A DNA stretch of 64,000 bases from an uncultured Muribaculaceae bacterium (GTDB lineage: Bacteria > Bacillota_I > Bacilli_A > RF39 > UBA660). Below are positions 29,090 to 38,937 of the stretch, in pieces. Where the stretch lies: the NCBI GenBank assembly GCA_964371025.1, contig CAYJKH010000003.1:19891-83890 (forward strand), written 5' to 3'. Position numbers and translations under genes: made by a program. Position 1 is the first letter of the stretch; the number at the start of each line of letters is the position of its first letter. The notes under the pieces are model-generated. The model had not been told where the DNA came from. It saw nothing but the letters and a program-made list of their open reading frames with translations, and ran no database searches.

Positions 29090-30071
29090 CCATTTCTTTT
29101 AATATTTCTTCTTTTACTAACTTTTCTACTTCACTAATAGGCATATCATCAAATTGAGCAGCCCCGTTATAAATAGTTCCACCGCCTCCTATACCTTTTA
29201 AAATATTATTAATATTGTATGTTCCAAGACTTCTAGCACTTACTCCAACGGTGTCTTTATCCAATTTCGCAATAACAAATGATGCCTCTATATTATTGAA
29301 AAATAATAGTGTATCCGCTGTCTTTGCTAAATCTTCTCTACTATAAGTACTAAACTGTGTTCCTTTTGTTAATGCAATACTTTTTTTAACTACTTTAATG
29401 TCTGTTAATAATTTTTGTCTTTCTGAATATTCTTCAAGATCCTGTTTTAATAAATATTGAACCTTCTTTGGACTTGCTCCAATACTAGTTAAATAATAAG
29501 CTGCATAATAAGTATTTTCTGTAGTCTTTAATGTATAATTATTTGTATCAAGGACAATTCCAGATAAAACTAGTGTTGCAAAATATGGATCAATTTTAGA
29601 ATTACACACTTCTATATACATTGATACCAGTTCACAAGTACTAGATAAAGATGTATCAATAATACTATATTTACTTTTAATAGTTGTTTTTCCTGTTTCG
29701 TGATGATCTATAATTAATTTATCCTCTATTTTATTAAGGATATCACTATTTTGGACTAACTCTTTTTTATTTGTATCAAGTATTACTAGCAAATTTTTAT
29801 TTTTCTTAGAACTAAGATAGTTATCAATATTACTGCTATGAATAATATTTACTACACCTTCTAATTCTTGGAGTACTTTTGCTACCCCTGTTTCGTGAAT
29901 TTTATCATCTATTATAATATAACAACTTTTTCTTTGATTTTTTAAAATTTCATAAAAACCCACACAACTACCTAATGCATCTAAATCTAAATGTTTATGC
30001 GCCATAAGAAAAACATTTGTCTTTTTCTTAAATATTCGTTTTGTATTTTTTACTTCCTTAATTATATCCAT
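29082..30071 (-). CDS. DHH/DHHA1-family phosphoesterase. It occupies the GdpP/YybT position but lacks TM, PAS and GGDEF domains, so it is NrnA-like.
   Basis: 329 aa. DHH motif (IIDHHE) and a GGGH-like DHHA1 region. It sits between rpsR and rplI. Confidence 0.65.
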   Translation of the reverse strand: MDIIKEVKNTKRIFKKKTNVFLMAHKHLDLDALGSCVGFYEILKNQRKSCYIIIDDKIHETGVAKVLQELEGVVNIIHSSNIDNYLSSKKNKNLLVILDTNKKELVQNSDILNKIEDKLIIDHHETGKTTIKSKYSIIDTSLSSTCELVSMYIEVCNSKIDPYFATLVLSGIVLDTNNYTLKTTENTYYAAYYLTSIGASPKKVQYLLKQDLEEYSERQKLLTDIKVVKKSIALTKGTQFSTYSREDLAKTADTLLFFNNIEASFVIAKLDKDTVGVSARSLGTYNINNILKGIGGGGTIYNGAAQFDDMPISEVEKLVKEEILKEMGE

Positions 30072-30160
30072 CTAATCTCCTTAAGTATATAAATCTCTTT
30101 TATATTATACATTATTTTCATACTTTTTTCAAACAATAAAAAAAATAGACAATGTCTATT

Positions 30161-30376
30161 TTATCTTGTGTAAGGCATTAAAGCTATTGCACGTGATCTC
30201 TTAACTTGTTGTGCAATATGTCTTTGATGAGCAGCACAGTTTCCTGTAACTCTTCTTGGTAAAATTTTACCTTTTTCATTAATATATTTTCTTAATGTTT
30301 CAGGATCTTTATAATCAACTGTTTTACCAGTACACATCATACATACTTTTTTTCTTTTTTTATAAAATTCTGCCAT
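30161..30376 (-). CDS. rpsR: 30S ribosomal protein S18
   Basis: 71 aa; canonical S18. Confidence 0.9.
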   Translation of the reverse strand: MAEFYKKRKKVCMMCTGKTVDYKDPETLRKYINEKGKILPRRVTGNCAAHQRHIAQQVKRSRAIALMPYTR

Positions 30377-30388
30377 AGTATCCTCCTT

Positions 30389-30868
30389 TTAGAATGGTAA
30401 TTCGTCATCACTAATTTCAATACTAGAACCAAAATCCGCGAAAGGATTATTAGAAACATCTGTCCCTTTTGGTTTTTCGTTATCACCGAAATCATATGGA
30501 GTTTTATTACTAGATGTTTGCGACTGCGAAGGTTGTCCTCCAGTATTACTACCTTTAGTACCTAAAAAATGAACATTATCAGCTACTACTTCTGTAATAT
30601 ATACTTTTTTACCATCTTCACCGTCGTAGTTTCTAGTTTGAATACGTCCGTCGATTGCAACTTGACTACCTTGGTTTAAATAATTTTTTACATTTTCTGC
30701 TTGTTTTCTCCAAACTACTACATTAATAAAATCAGCTTCTCTTTCTCCGTTTTGGTTAGTAAATGTTCTATTAACCGCTAATGAAAAAGATGCTACCGGT
30801 GTATTACTACTTGTATATCTTAGTTCAGGATCTCTTGTTAATCTTCCAATTAATGTTACTTTATTCAT
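30389..30868 (-). CDS. ssb: Single-stranded DNA-binding protein
   Basis: OB-fold N-terminus; the acidic C-terminal tip DDELPF. Confidence 0.95.
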   Translation of the reverse strand: MNKVTLIGRLTRDPELRYTSSNTPVASFSLAVNRTFTNQNGEREADFINVVVWRKQAENVKNYLNQGSQVAIDGRIQTRNYDGEDGKKVYITEVVADNVHFLGTKGSNTGGQPSQSQTSSNKTPYDFGDNEKPKGTDVSNNPFADFGSSIEISDDELPF

Positions 30869-30883
30869 ATTTACCTCTTTTAA

Positions 30884-31171
30884 TTAGTTTTCTATTTTTA
30901 TTACTAAATGACGAATAACGCTTTCATTAATGATAGCTATACGTTCAAATTCATTGATTGCTTCATTTCCAGCTTCAACATTAAGTTGGAAATAGTAACC
31001 ATTTTTAAACTTATTAATTTCATATGCTAATTCTTTTTGACCGATTGCTTTTTCAGAAGTTATTTTTGCATTATTTTTAGTTAAAGCGCTTTTTAACTCT
31101 TCAATAGCTTTTTTTATTCCATCTTCTTGAATATCTGGTCTTACAATGAACATAATTTCATAATTTCTCAT
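30884..31171 (-). CDS. rpsF: 30S ribosomal protein S6
   Basis: 95 aa; MRNYEIMFIVRPD N-terminus. Confidence 0.95.
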   Translation of the reverse strand: MRNYEIMFIVRPDIQEDGIKKAIEELKSALTKNNAKITSEKAIGQKELAYEINKFKNGYYFQLNVEAGNEAINEFERIAIINESVIRHLVIKIEN

Positions 31172-31255
31172 TTGTACACCTCCTCTTGGACTAATGACTC
31201 ATTTCTGAGTAAGGAGCATTTTAAATACTCCGTTATAGTATAACAAAGACTTATT
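31172..31255 (-). promoter_or_regulatory. rpsF promoter (-35 TTTACA, 17-nt spacer, -10 TATACT) and a structured 5' leader with two hairpins. This is a candidate S6:S18-binding autoregulatory leader.
   Basis: The minus-strand leader is GGAGUAUUUAAAAUGCUCC (7-bp stem), followed by ACUCAGAAAUGAGU (5-bp stem, GAAA tetraloop), and then the AGGAGG RBS. Confidence 0.45.
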
Positions 31256-31266
31256 CATATGTAAAG

Positions 31267-31977
31267 TTATTTAGCCATAAATGCAAGAATATATATTATT
31301 ATACCTATAATTATCAAAATAGCAGGATATATTAAATAACTAGCAAATGCTGCTTCTTTTAACATAAATATTTTTTCATAAATAATTTTATTGTTTTTTG
31401 CATTTTCTTTTATAACTTCATTAGGGTCAAATATAATATCATTAGGATTAGAAATATTTTCTTGCTGTTTTTGATTTGTTTTTACTTTTACATATGCAAG
31501 CCCTGTTCCATAACTAGAATCTGTTTTACTTAATTCTAACTTCTTCTTTGCTATAACATAATCAGAATAATAAACTCTTCTATCTTTTAATATAATGGAT
31601 CTATAATAATGTTCCATTTCTTCTGGTAAATAGCTGGTAATTTCATCAAAATGACTTTTTAGGAATTGTTCTTTTAAATTATTTAAACACTTTGTATATA
31701 TTCCTATTTGAAATATAGCAATATTTTTTATATCTTCTCTTTTTAATTTTTCATCAAAATATGAATCTTTTGGCATTTCCAATAAAGTTCGATATTTAAT
31801 TAATTTATGATCATTATTTAATATTTCAATATCTTTTAGATTAAGCTTATTTAAACAGTAACCTTTTTCATGTAAATATTTCATAGTTAAGTCCATATAG
31901 AAAAAGACCTCTTTTAAATCTTTTTGTGAAGGATTACTATTATACCAAGTTTCAATCGTTGTTTTATCATGATCCAT
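31267..31977 (-). CDS. Hypothetical tail-anchored protein: a cytoplasmic domain of about 205 aa plus a single C-terminal TM helix
   Basis: 236 aa. The only hydrophobic segment is at the extreme C-terminus (ASYLIYPAILIIIGIIIYILAFMAK). It lies 66 nt downstream of the sigma-factor gene, after a hairpin terminator. Confidence 0.5.
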   Translation of the reverse strand: MDHDKTTIETWYNSNPSQKDLKEVFFYMDLTMKYLHEKGYCLNKLNLKDIEILNNDHKLIKYRTLLEMPKDSYFDEKLKREDIKNIAIFQIGIYTKCLNNLKEQFLKSHFDEITSYLPEEMEHYYRSIILKDRRVYYSDYVIAKKKLELSKTDSSYGTGLAYVKVKTNQKQQENISNPNDIIFDPNEVIKENAKNNKIIYEKIFMLKEAAFASYLIYPAILIIIGIIIYILAFMAK

Positions 31978-32042
31978 AGACTATCCTCCTATTATTATTC
32001 TATAATTATTTTATCTTATTTAATAAAAAAAAACAAAACATT

Positions 32043-32627
32043 TTATGTTTTATTTTCACATTCTAATAATATTTTCCTAACTTTACATAATCTACTATCA
32101 ACTGTTCCTACTGATATATCTAATAACTTTGATATTTCTAAATATGAAAAACCATTATATCTCATTTCAAATACTGTTGAATTTTTTAAGTTAAGAATAT
32201 TTTTATATTTAAAAAATATAAATTCTGTATATATATCATCTAATAACATATCTTTATTTTTGATTAAGTCCTTGTTATAGTCGGTATACTCATTTAATTC
32301 TACTGAATTATTAATATATTCATTTTTCAAAGCACTTAGCTTCTTACAAAAATTTTGGATACTTCTTTCCACACATAATATAGCAAATGTATAAAACGTG
32401 TTTTTCATTGAAACATCAAAGGTTGCTATCGCGGAAGAAAAACCGATATATCCCTCTTGAACTAAATCATCATAATCTGCACCTTTAGTTATAATAAAAC
32501 CGCTATATTTATATGCAATTTTTTTTATTATAGGTTTGTACTTTTTATATAGATAATCATTATAATAATCATCCTTTTCCTTTATTAAATATAATATTTC
32601 ATTATCGTTAATATCTTTATACTCCAT
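32043..32627 (-). CDS. sigH: Sigma-70-family RNA polymerase sigma factor, SigH-like by size and position
   Basis: 194 aa. Region 2 reads DDLVQEGYIGFSSAIATFD. The region 4 HTH reads YLEISKLLDISVGTVDSRLCKVRKIL. It lies immediately after rlmB/mrnC/cysS, as sigH does in Bacillus and Staphylococcus. Confidence 0.7.
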   Translation of the reverse strand: MEYKDINDNEILYLIKEKDDYYNDYLYKKYKPIIKKIAYKYSGFIITKGADYDDLVQEGYIGFSSAIATFDVSMKNTFYTFAILCVERSIQNFCKKLSALKNEYINNSVELNEYTDYNKDLIKNKDMLLDDIYTEFIFFKYKNILNLKNSTVFEMRYNGFSYLEISKLLDISVGTVDSRLCKVRKILLECENKT

Positions 32628-32633
32628 AATAGC

Positions 32634-33329
32634 CTACTTTCTATTACGGATTACCTCATATATCAAAATTCCACTTGCTACTGATGCATTTAAACTATTT
32701 GTATTTCCATACATTGGAATTTTGGCAATAAAATCACAATTTTTGGCAACTAGGTTAGAAATTCCAGTCCCTTCATTACCAATAATTAGTGAAATTTTAC
32801 CTGAATAATCTATTTCTTTATAATCTACACTATTATCTAAAGCTGATCCTACAATCCAGAAACCTTTTTTCTTTAGTTTATCAATTGAATTAACTAAATT
32901 AGTAACCATTACTATTTTAACATTATCAAGGGCTCCTGCACTAGTTTTCATAACAGTTGAATTTACTGGAACTTGTCTATTTTTAGGAATTACTACAGCA
33001 TCTACTCCAGCTGCTTCACAAGTTCTTAAAATTGCTCCAAAATTATGAGGATCTTCTATATGATCTAACATAACTATAAATTTATCATTATCACTAATGT
33101 CATCAATATTATGATATTTGTAATCCGGAATAAAAAGTATTATACCTTGGTGTACTCCAGTAATCAAACGATCAATATCTCTTTTTTTTGCTATTTCTAC
33201 CTCTATTTTATTTTTTTCAATTAAAGAAAGAAGTGTTTTATCCGTAAAACCTTCTTGAATAATTATTTTTTCTATTTCTTTCTTTTTTTCTAATAATTCT
33301 TTTGCTACATTTCTTCCATATACTATCAT
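32634..33329 (-). CDS. rlmB: TrmH/SpoU-family rRNA 2'-O-methyltransferase (YacO/RlmB-like)
   Basis: SPOUT motifs (...HNFGAILRTCEAAG..., ...GNEGTGIS...). Confidence 0.75.
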   Translation of the reverse strand: MIVYGRNVAKELLEKKKEIEKIIIQEGFTDKTLLSLIEKNKIEVEIAKKRDIDRLITGVHQGIILFIPDYKYHNIDDISDNDKFIVMLDHIEDPHNFGAILRTCEAAGVDAVVIPKNRQVPVNSTVMKTSAGALDNVKIVMVTNLVNSIDKLKKKGFWIVGSALDNSVDYKEIDYSGKISLIIGNEGTGISNLVAKNCDFIAKIPMYGNTNSLNASVASGILIYEVIRNRK

Positions 33330-33718
33330 ATATCGTACCTAATAATAAAATTAATAATTTCATCTATTCTTTCTTTTTTATTTTCTAATTCCAAGTATCC
33401 AATTAAGGCTTCTAAAGCAGTTGCATTTTTATATTCTATAATAGTACAACTTTTTGGTTTTGATACACCTTTATGGTTTCTAGCTCTTTTAGAGATACTT
33501 AATTCTGCTTCTGTAAAAAAATTCTCTTGTACCATATCTAAATAAAACTTAGATTGTGAGCTTGCTTTAACAAACTTAACTGCTGTTTTTTGTAATATAT
33601 CTACATTATTAATATTTTTAGAAATTAAATATTTACGAATATATTCCTCATAAATTACATCTCCTAAATACGCTAATACCAAAACATTAATTTCTCTTAA
33701 ATCCATGTAATCCTCCAC
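33326..33718 (-). CDS. mrnC: Mini-ribonuclease 3 (YazC/MrnC)
   Basis: 130 aa; LAYLGDVIYE... RNase III-like signature. Its position between cysS and rlmB is conserved. Confidence 0.8.
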   Translation of the reverse strand: MEDYMDLREINVLVLAYLGDVIYEEYIRKYLISKNINNVDILQKTAVKFVKASSQSKFYLDMVQENFFTEAELSISKRARNHKGVSKPKSCTIIEYKNATALEALIGYLELENKKERIDEIINFIIRYDI

Positions 33719-33729
33719 AAAGAAACATC

Positions 33730-35127
33730 TTATAAAACTTCATAAGTTGTTCCTTCTCTTGTATCAATAAGCGTAATACCTTCTTGTAATAATTCTTCTC
33801 TTATTTTATCTGCTTTTATAAAATCCTTATTTTCTTTTGCTTTTTTTCTTTCCTCTATTTTTGATTTTATTATTTTATCTTTGCTTTCAGTCATTTCATT
33901 ACCAGTTTCTTTTGTTAAATCAAGAGATAATACCTTATCAAAATCTAAAATTGTATTATACTTAGTTGTTTCGTTAATCTTATCATCTTTTAATAAATCA
34001 TAAATAACTGTAATCATAGATGCTGTATTCATATCATTTTCTAAAGCATGTTTATAGGTTTCTATATAATTACTTACTAATTCTTTTTGATATTCTTGAT
34101 TTTTTGATAAACTCATTACTTTTCTCTTTAGTTTTAAATATGATTGTGATGCCGTATCAAGTGATTCATAACTAAACACTAAGTTATTACGATAGTGGCT
34201 AGTTAAGCAAAAATATCTATATGCTAAAGGATTATACCCTTTATTAATCAATACATCTAACTGTAAAAATTCTGAATTGGATTTACTCATTTTCCCTTGA
34301 TTATCATTTAAGTGAGCTGAATGCATCCAGTAGTTACACCATTTATGCCCTAAAAACGATTCACTTTGAGCTATTTCATTTGTATGATGAGGAAATATAT
34401 TATCTACTCCACCACAATGAATATCTATTTGTGCTCCTAAGTATTTATAAGAAATTCCACTACATTCAATATGCCACCCCGGATATCCAATTCCCCATGG
34501 TGAAGACCATTTCATAATTTGATTTTCAAATTTTGAACTAGTAAACCATAAAACAAAATCCGCCGGATTCTTTTTGGAAATATCTATTTCTACATCATCT
34601 CTTACTGCTACTAATAATTCTTCTGGATCCTTCCCAGATAATTTATAATAATCTTTATAAGTACTTATATCAAAATAAACATTTCCATTCGAAATATAAG
34701 CATGTCCTGTTAAGATAAGTTTTTCTATTATTTCTATATAAATATCAATATTATCACTTGCTTTAGTGATTTTATCAGGTTTTCTAATATTTAAATTTTT
34801 AGCATCTTCAAAAAATTTATTCGTATAATAATCTGCTATTTCATAAACTGTTTTACCTTCTCTTAAGGCACCTTTAAGCATCTTATCTTCACCATCATCA
34901 CTGTCATTAGTTAAATGTCCTACATCCGTGATATTCATACATCTATCTACTTTATATCCTAAATAATTTAATCCTTTTTCTAATATATCTTCAAATATAT
35001 AAGTTCTCAAATTACCAATATGAGCATAATGGTATACGGTTGGACCACATGTGTATAATTTTACTTTATTTTTTTCTATCGGAATTAATTTTTCTACTTT
35101 TTTAGTTAAAGTATTATAAATTTTCAT
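33730..35127 (-). CDS. cysS: Cysteine--tRNA ligase
   Basis: HIGN (YHYAHIGNLRT) and KMSKS motifs. Confidence 0.95.
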   Translation of the reverse strand: MKIYNTLTKKVEKLIPIEKNKVKLYTCGPTVYHYAHIGNLRTYIFEDILEKGLNYLGYKVDRCMNITDVGHLTNDSDDGEDKMLKGALREGKTVYEIADYYTNKFFEDAKNLNIRKPDKITKASDNIDIYIEIIEKLILTGHAYISNGNVYFDISTYKDYYKLSGKDPEELLVAVRDDVEIDISKKNPADFVLWFTSSKFENQIMKWSSPWGIGYPGWHIECSGISYKYLGAQIDIHCGGVDNIFPHHTNEIAQSESFLGHKWCNYWMHSAHLNDNQGKMSKSNSEFLQLDVLINKGYNPLAYRYFCLTSHYRNNLVFSYESLDTASQSYLKLKRKVMSLSKNQEYQKELVSNYIETYKHALENDMNTASMITVIYDLLKDDKINETTKYNTILDFDKVLSLDLTKETGNEMTESKDKIIKSKIEERKKAKENKDFIKADKIREELLQEGITLIDTREGTTYEVL

Positions 35128-35197
35128 ATAACCACCTACCTCTAATGATTATAACATATTTAGGCAAATAAAAAAAGAAATCAATGATTTCTCTTTT

Positions 35198-36745
35198 TTA
35201 GATTGTTAAGAATATAATAGCTGCAATTGCAATAACTGCTACTAATAATTCAACAAATAATAATCCAATAGTTTTAACCCATTTACTGTATGGTATATTA
35301 TAAACTGCTAATACAACCATTAAAACGATACTTGTTGGCGCTATTAACATAACAATACCATATATAGCTTGGAATAAGAATCCAATAACAATATGGAAGT
35401 CTGGATTAGCAACTTCAGTAGTCATTAATGTTAATGCACTTGCGAATACATAATTAGCATCTACATTAGAAACACTAGCAAATAATGAAACTAATGAAGC
35501 AGTCATTAAATTAAAACCACTAGCTAAGTCTAAAATCCATGTATATATAGTTGTCATAACTGGATGATATGAAACTATTACTAATACTACATAAATTAAA
35601 ATAGATATAACTACACCTGGTAATGCTTTTTTTGCTCCTTCAATGAAACCATCAATTAAATCATTAAATTTAAGTTTGTAAACAAGCCCTAATAGTGCAA
35701 TTGTTAATATAACTAAAATTGTTAAATGCGATAAATTCCATGTTCCGAACGAACTAACAAAACCTAATATGCTTGCTATAATTGTAAATCCAAATATTTC
35801 AATTTCATTCATTTGAGTTAATAATGTATCAAAGAATGTAATATTGAAAGTATCAAACCAAGATATAAATGCTGTCATCATAACTAAGAATAATAATGAG
35901 AATATTACTACTAAAGGTACACAATTTCCTTTTTCATTTACTACTATTACATCAGAAGCTTTTGCTGCAGATTTAATTGTTGGCTTTTTACCTTTCGTAG
36001 TTTTGGCTTTTACTGAACTCGTTGTTTTTGGTTTTGTCGTTGATTTTGGTTTTGTTGAAGTTTTTGGTTTTTCAACTTTTTTAACTTCTTCTTTCACTTC
36101 ATCTGCAACTATTACCGATGATGTTTTATCAGCCGTTTCTTTTTTTATTAGCATTAATACATTGAATACTACTAATCCTATACCCACTACTAAAATAGCT
36201 AAGTTTAGAACTGCTAATCCAAAAATTTCAAGGCTTAAAGCTGACGTTATTGGTAACATATTAGCACCTGCTAACGTTGAACCTGCTAATCCAACAAACA
36301 TTGATCCTAATACAGCAATAACTGCTGTTATTTTTGATAATCCCATTTTTATAATAACTGATATTAAAAATGGTACAAATAGTAAAAATGCATATTGTAA
36401 TCCAGCGATAGAGTTAAGAATAGAAACTAATACTATAATCATTACAATTGATAATGTTTTTCTTTTAGCAAAAGAATTACCCATTTGTGTAATCATTTTA
36501 TTATAAGCTCCAATTTTTCCTAATACACCATAGAATCCTCCTACAACTGCTATAAATAATGGTAAGAAACCAAAATATGCAATTGCTACTGATGGATAAT
36601 TTAGTACATCAAAAAGTCCTACTCTAATTCGTTCTATTGTAGTATCTCCAGTTTCGCCAATAATTGTCGCTGGTATTAACCATGTCAATATTGTGAAAAC
36701 ACCAATTACTATTAGAACAGTTTTTAAAATATTATGTTTTTTCAT
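35198..36745 (-). CDS. Polytopic membrane protein, possibly a YfcC/DcuC-superfamily transporter, with an inserted Lys/Thr/Ser/Pro-rich low-complexity loop
   Basis: 515 aa with about 10-12 TMs. Its central segment is KPKTSTKPKSTTKPKTTSSVKAKTTKGKKPTIKSAAKA. The family assignment is tentative. Confidence 0.45.
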   Translation of the reverse strand: MKKHNILKTVLIVIGVFTILTWLIPATIIGETGDTTIERIRVGLFDVLNYPSVAIAYFGFLPLFIAVVGGFYGVLGKIGAYNKMITQMGNSFAKRKTLSIVMIIVLVSILNSIAGLQYAFLLFVPFLISVIIKMGLSKITAVIAVLGSMFVGLAGSTLAGANMLPITSALSLEIFGLAVLNLAILVVGIGLVVFNVLMLIKKETADKTSSVIVADEVKEEVKKVEKPKTSTKPKSTTKPKTTSSVKAKTTKGKKPTIKSAAKASDVIVVNEKGNCVPLVVIFSLLFLVMMTAFISWFDTFNITFFDTLLTQMNEIEIFGFTIIASILGFVSSFGTWNLSHLTILVILTIALLGLVYKLKFNDLIDGFIEGAKKALPGVVISILIYVVLVIVSYHPVMTTIYTWILDLASGFNLMTASLVSLFASVSNVDANYVFASALTLMTTEVANPDFHIVIGFLFQAIYGIVMLIAPTSIVLMVVLAVYNIPYSKWVKTIGLLFVELLVAVIAIAAIIFLTI

Positions 36746-36851
36746 AACTACCTCCCATTATCATTATACTAACTTTAATTATCATTTACAAGCATTTATT
36801 TACCAAATTCATTAATATAAAATAAAAGAAAGATAATAATATATCTTTCTT

Positions 36852-38330
36852 TTATTTATTTTTCATTGTTGGAAATAATATAACATCTCTAATTGTTTCT
36901 GCTCCTGTTAAAAGCATTACTAATCTATCAATTCCCATTCCCATTCCACCTGTTGGAGGCAATCCATATTCTAAAGATTCAACGAAATCTAAATCCATTT
37001 CATTCGCTTCTTCATTCCCTAATTCTTTTTCTTTTACTTGTGATAAAAATCTTTCATATTGATCAATTGGATCATTTAATTCCGTGAAAGCATTTGCATA
37101 TTCATTCCCTAATATAAATAATTCAAATCTATCAGTAAATCTTTCATCTTCTTTATTTCTTTTAGCAAGCGGGCTGATTTCCACTGGATGACCATATACA
37201 AATGTTGGATTTTGAATACTTTCTTCTCCAAATTTTTCAAAAAAAGCATTAACGATGTGCCCATATTCAAAATGATCTTCAATTAAAATATCATTATCTT
37301 TAGCTAATTTTTTAGCATCTTCAAGACTCATTTTTTCAAAGAAATTTATTCCGGTTTTTTCTTTTATTAAATCAACCATATGAATTCTTTTAAATTTAGG
37401 TTTTAAAGATATATCTACTCCCTTATATGTTACTTCATATTGACCTAATACTGCTTGAGCACACTCTCCAATGATATTTTCAGTTAAATCCATCATCCCT
37501 TCCATATCACTTAAAGCCTTATATACTTCAATCGTTGTAAATTCTGGATTATGACTTCTATCCATACCTTCATTTCTAAATAATCTCCCTATTTCATAAA
37601 CAGCATCCATCCCTCCAACAATTAGTCTTTTTAGTGGTAACTCTGTTGCAATTCTAAGATACATATCAATATCTAATGTATTATGGTGAGTTATAAAAGG
37701 TTTTGCTGCAGCTCCCCCTAATATTGTTCCTAATACAGGTGTTTCTACTTCCGTATATCCATTACTATCTAAATAATTTTGAATAGTTCTGATTATTTTA
37801 GGTCTAGTAAATGCAATTTTACGGGCATCTTCATTCATTATTAAATCAACATATCTTCTTCTATATCTTTCTTCCGTATCTGTTAGTCCATGATATTTTT
37901 CTGGTAGTGGTTTTAATGATTTAACTAAGTGAATATACTCTGTAGCTTTTACACTTAATTCTCCCATATCAGTTCTAAAAACAAATCCTTTGATTCCCAC
38001 GATATCCCCAATATCTGCTTTTTTAAATACTTCATACATCGTTTCTTCAACCATATCTTGTCTAATATAAACTTGAAGTTGTCCGTATTTATCTTGAATA
38101 TGGAAAAATCCTACTTTTCCTTTTCTACGATTTGTCATTATACGTCCTGAAACTATAACTTCTATATTTTTTTCATGTAAGTCTTCTTTTGACTCATTTT
38201 TATATTTTTCATTTAGACTTTTTGAAGTATCTGTAATATCAATTTTTTCTCCAAAAGGTTCTATCCCTAAACTTCTTAGCTCTTCAGCTTTTTCTCTTCT
38301 TATTTGTTCTTGTTCATTAAATGTTCTCAT
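36852..38330 (-). CDS. lysS: Lysine--tRNA ligase (class II)
   Basis: 492 aa; FRNEG motif; N-terminal OB-fold anticodon-binding domain. Confidence 0.9.
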   Translation of the reverse strand: MRTFNEQEQIRREKAEELRSLGIEPFGEKIDITDTSKSLNEKYKNESKEDLHEKNIEVIVSGRIMTNRRKGKVGFFHIQDKYGQLQVYIRQDMVEETMYEVFKKADIGDIVGIKGFVFRTDMGELSVKATEYIHLVKSLKPLPEKYHGLTDTEERYRRRYVDLIMNEDARKIAFTRPKIIRTIQNYLDSNGYTEVETPVLGTILGGAAAKPFITHHNTLDIDMYLRIATELPLKRLIVGGMDAVYEIGRLFRNEGMDRSHNPEFTTIEVYKALSDMEGMMDLTENIIGECAQAVLGQYEVTYKGVDISLKPKFKRIHMVDLIKEKTGINFFEKMSLEDAKKLAKDNDILIEDHFEYGHIVNAFFEKFGEESIQNPTFVYGHPVEISPLAKRNKEDERFTDRFELFILGNEYANAFTELNDPIDQYERFLSQVKEKELGNEEANEMDLDFVESLEYGLPPTGGMGMGIDRLVMLLTGAETIRDVILFPTMKNK

Positions 38331-38937
38331 TTTTTTCTCCTTTAATACTAATTACTCTTGTTTTTGTTAAAATGTCATGAATTCCTTTTCTATCTTTTCG
38401 AATAGAAATCATAAATACTATTATTAAAATTATTATATACTGAATTAAAGATACTGCTAAATAACTAATAAATATATCTTTATTATTAAATAATCCTATA
38501 AGTAAACCATAAAAATACATAAAAATAAAATTAATAATTACAGATCTTAATAGTATTTTATTTAAAGTCAATTCTTCTTTTTCAGAAATCAACTTGATTT
38601 TAAAGACTTTTTTACCTAGTGTTTGTCCTTTATTATAAAATTGATAAACTACAAAGTACAATAATAATAAAGCTAAAGTAATTAAATTAATAATAATTTC
38701 TTCTTTATAAATATCAAAATAAATATATGATGATTGAATTATATATTCACTAGTAGATATCACTTCATATTCATATTGTTCAACTACTGAGCTAATTTCT
38801 TTATTTAGTTCAGATATTCTCTCTACATCAATAAATGGTGTTGCTAATATAGTAGATATTAAAGTAACAATAGCCATATCTATTATAAACGCGCCAATTC
38901 TTTGGAAAAGGGAAGCGCTTTTATTTATATTTGTCAT
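38317..38937 (-). CDS. RDD-family membrane protein
   Basis: N-terminal [14 protein letters not shown]... is typical of the RDD family; three TMs. Confidence 0.6.
   Translation of the reverse strand: MTNINKSASLFQRIGAFIIDMAIVTLISTILATPFIDVERISELNKEISSVVEQYEYEVISTSEYIIQSSYIYFDIYKEEIIINLITLALLLLYFVVYQFYNKGQTLGKKVFKIKLISEKEELTLNKILLRSVIINFIFMYFYGLLIGLFNNKDIFISYLAVSLIQYIIILIIVFMISIRKDRKGIHDILTKTRVISIKGEKNENI

Noticed and set aside
35844-36506. 220-aa plus-strand ORF rich in F/G/V/T
   Set aside because: It is an antisense shadow of the Lys/Thr-rich low-complexity segment of the transporter-like gene.
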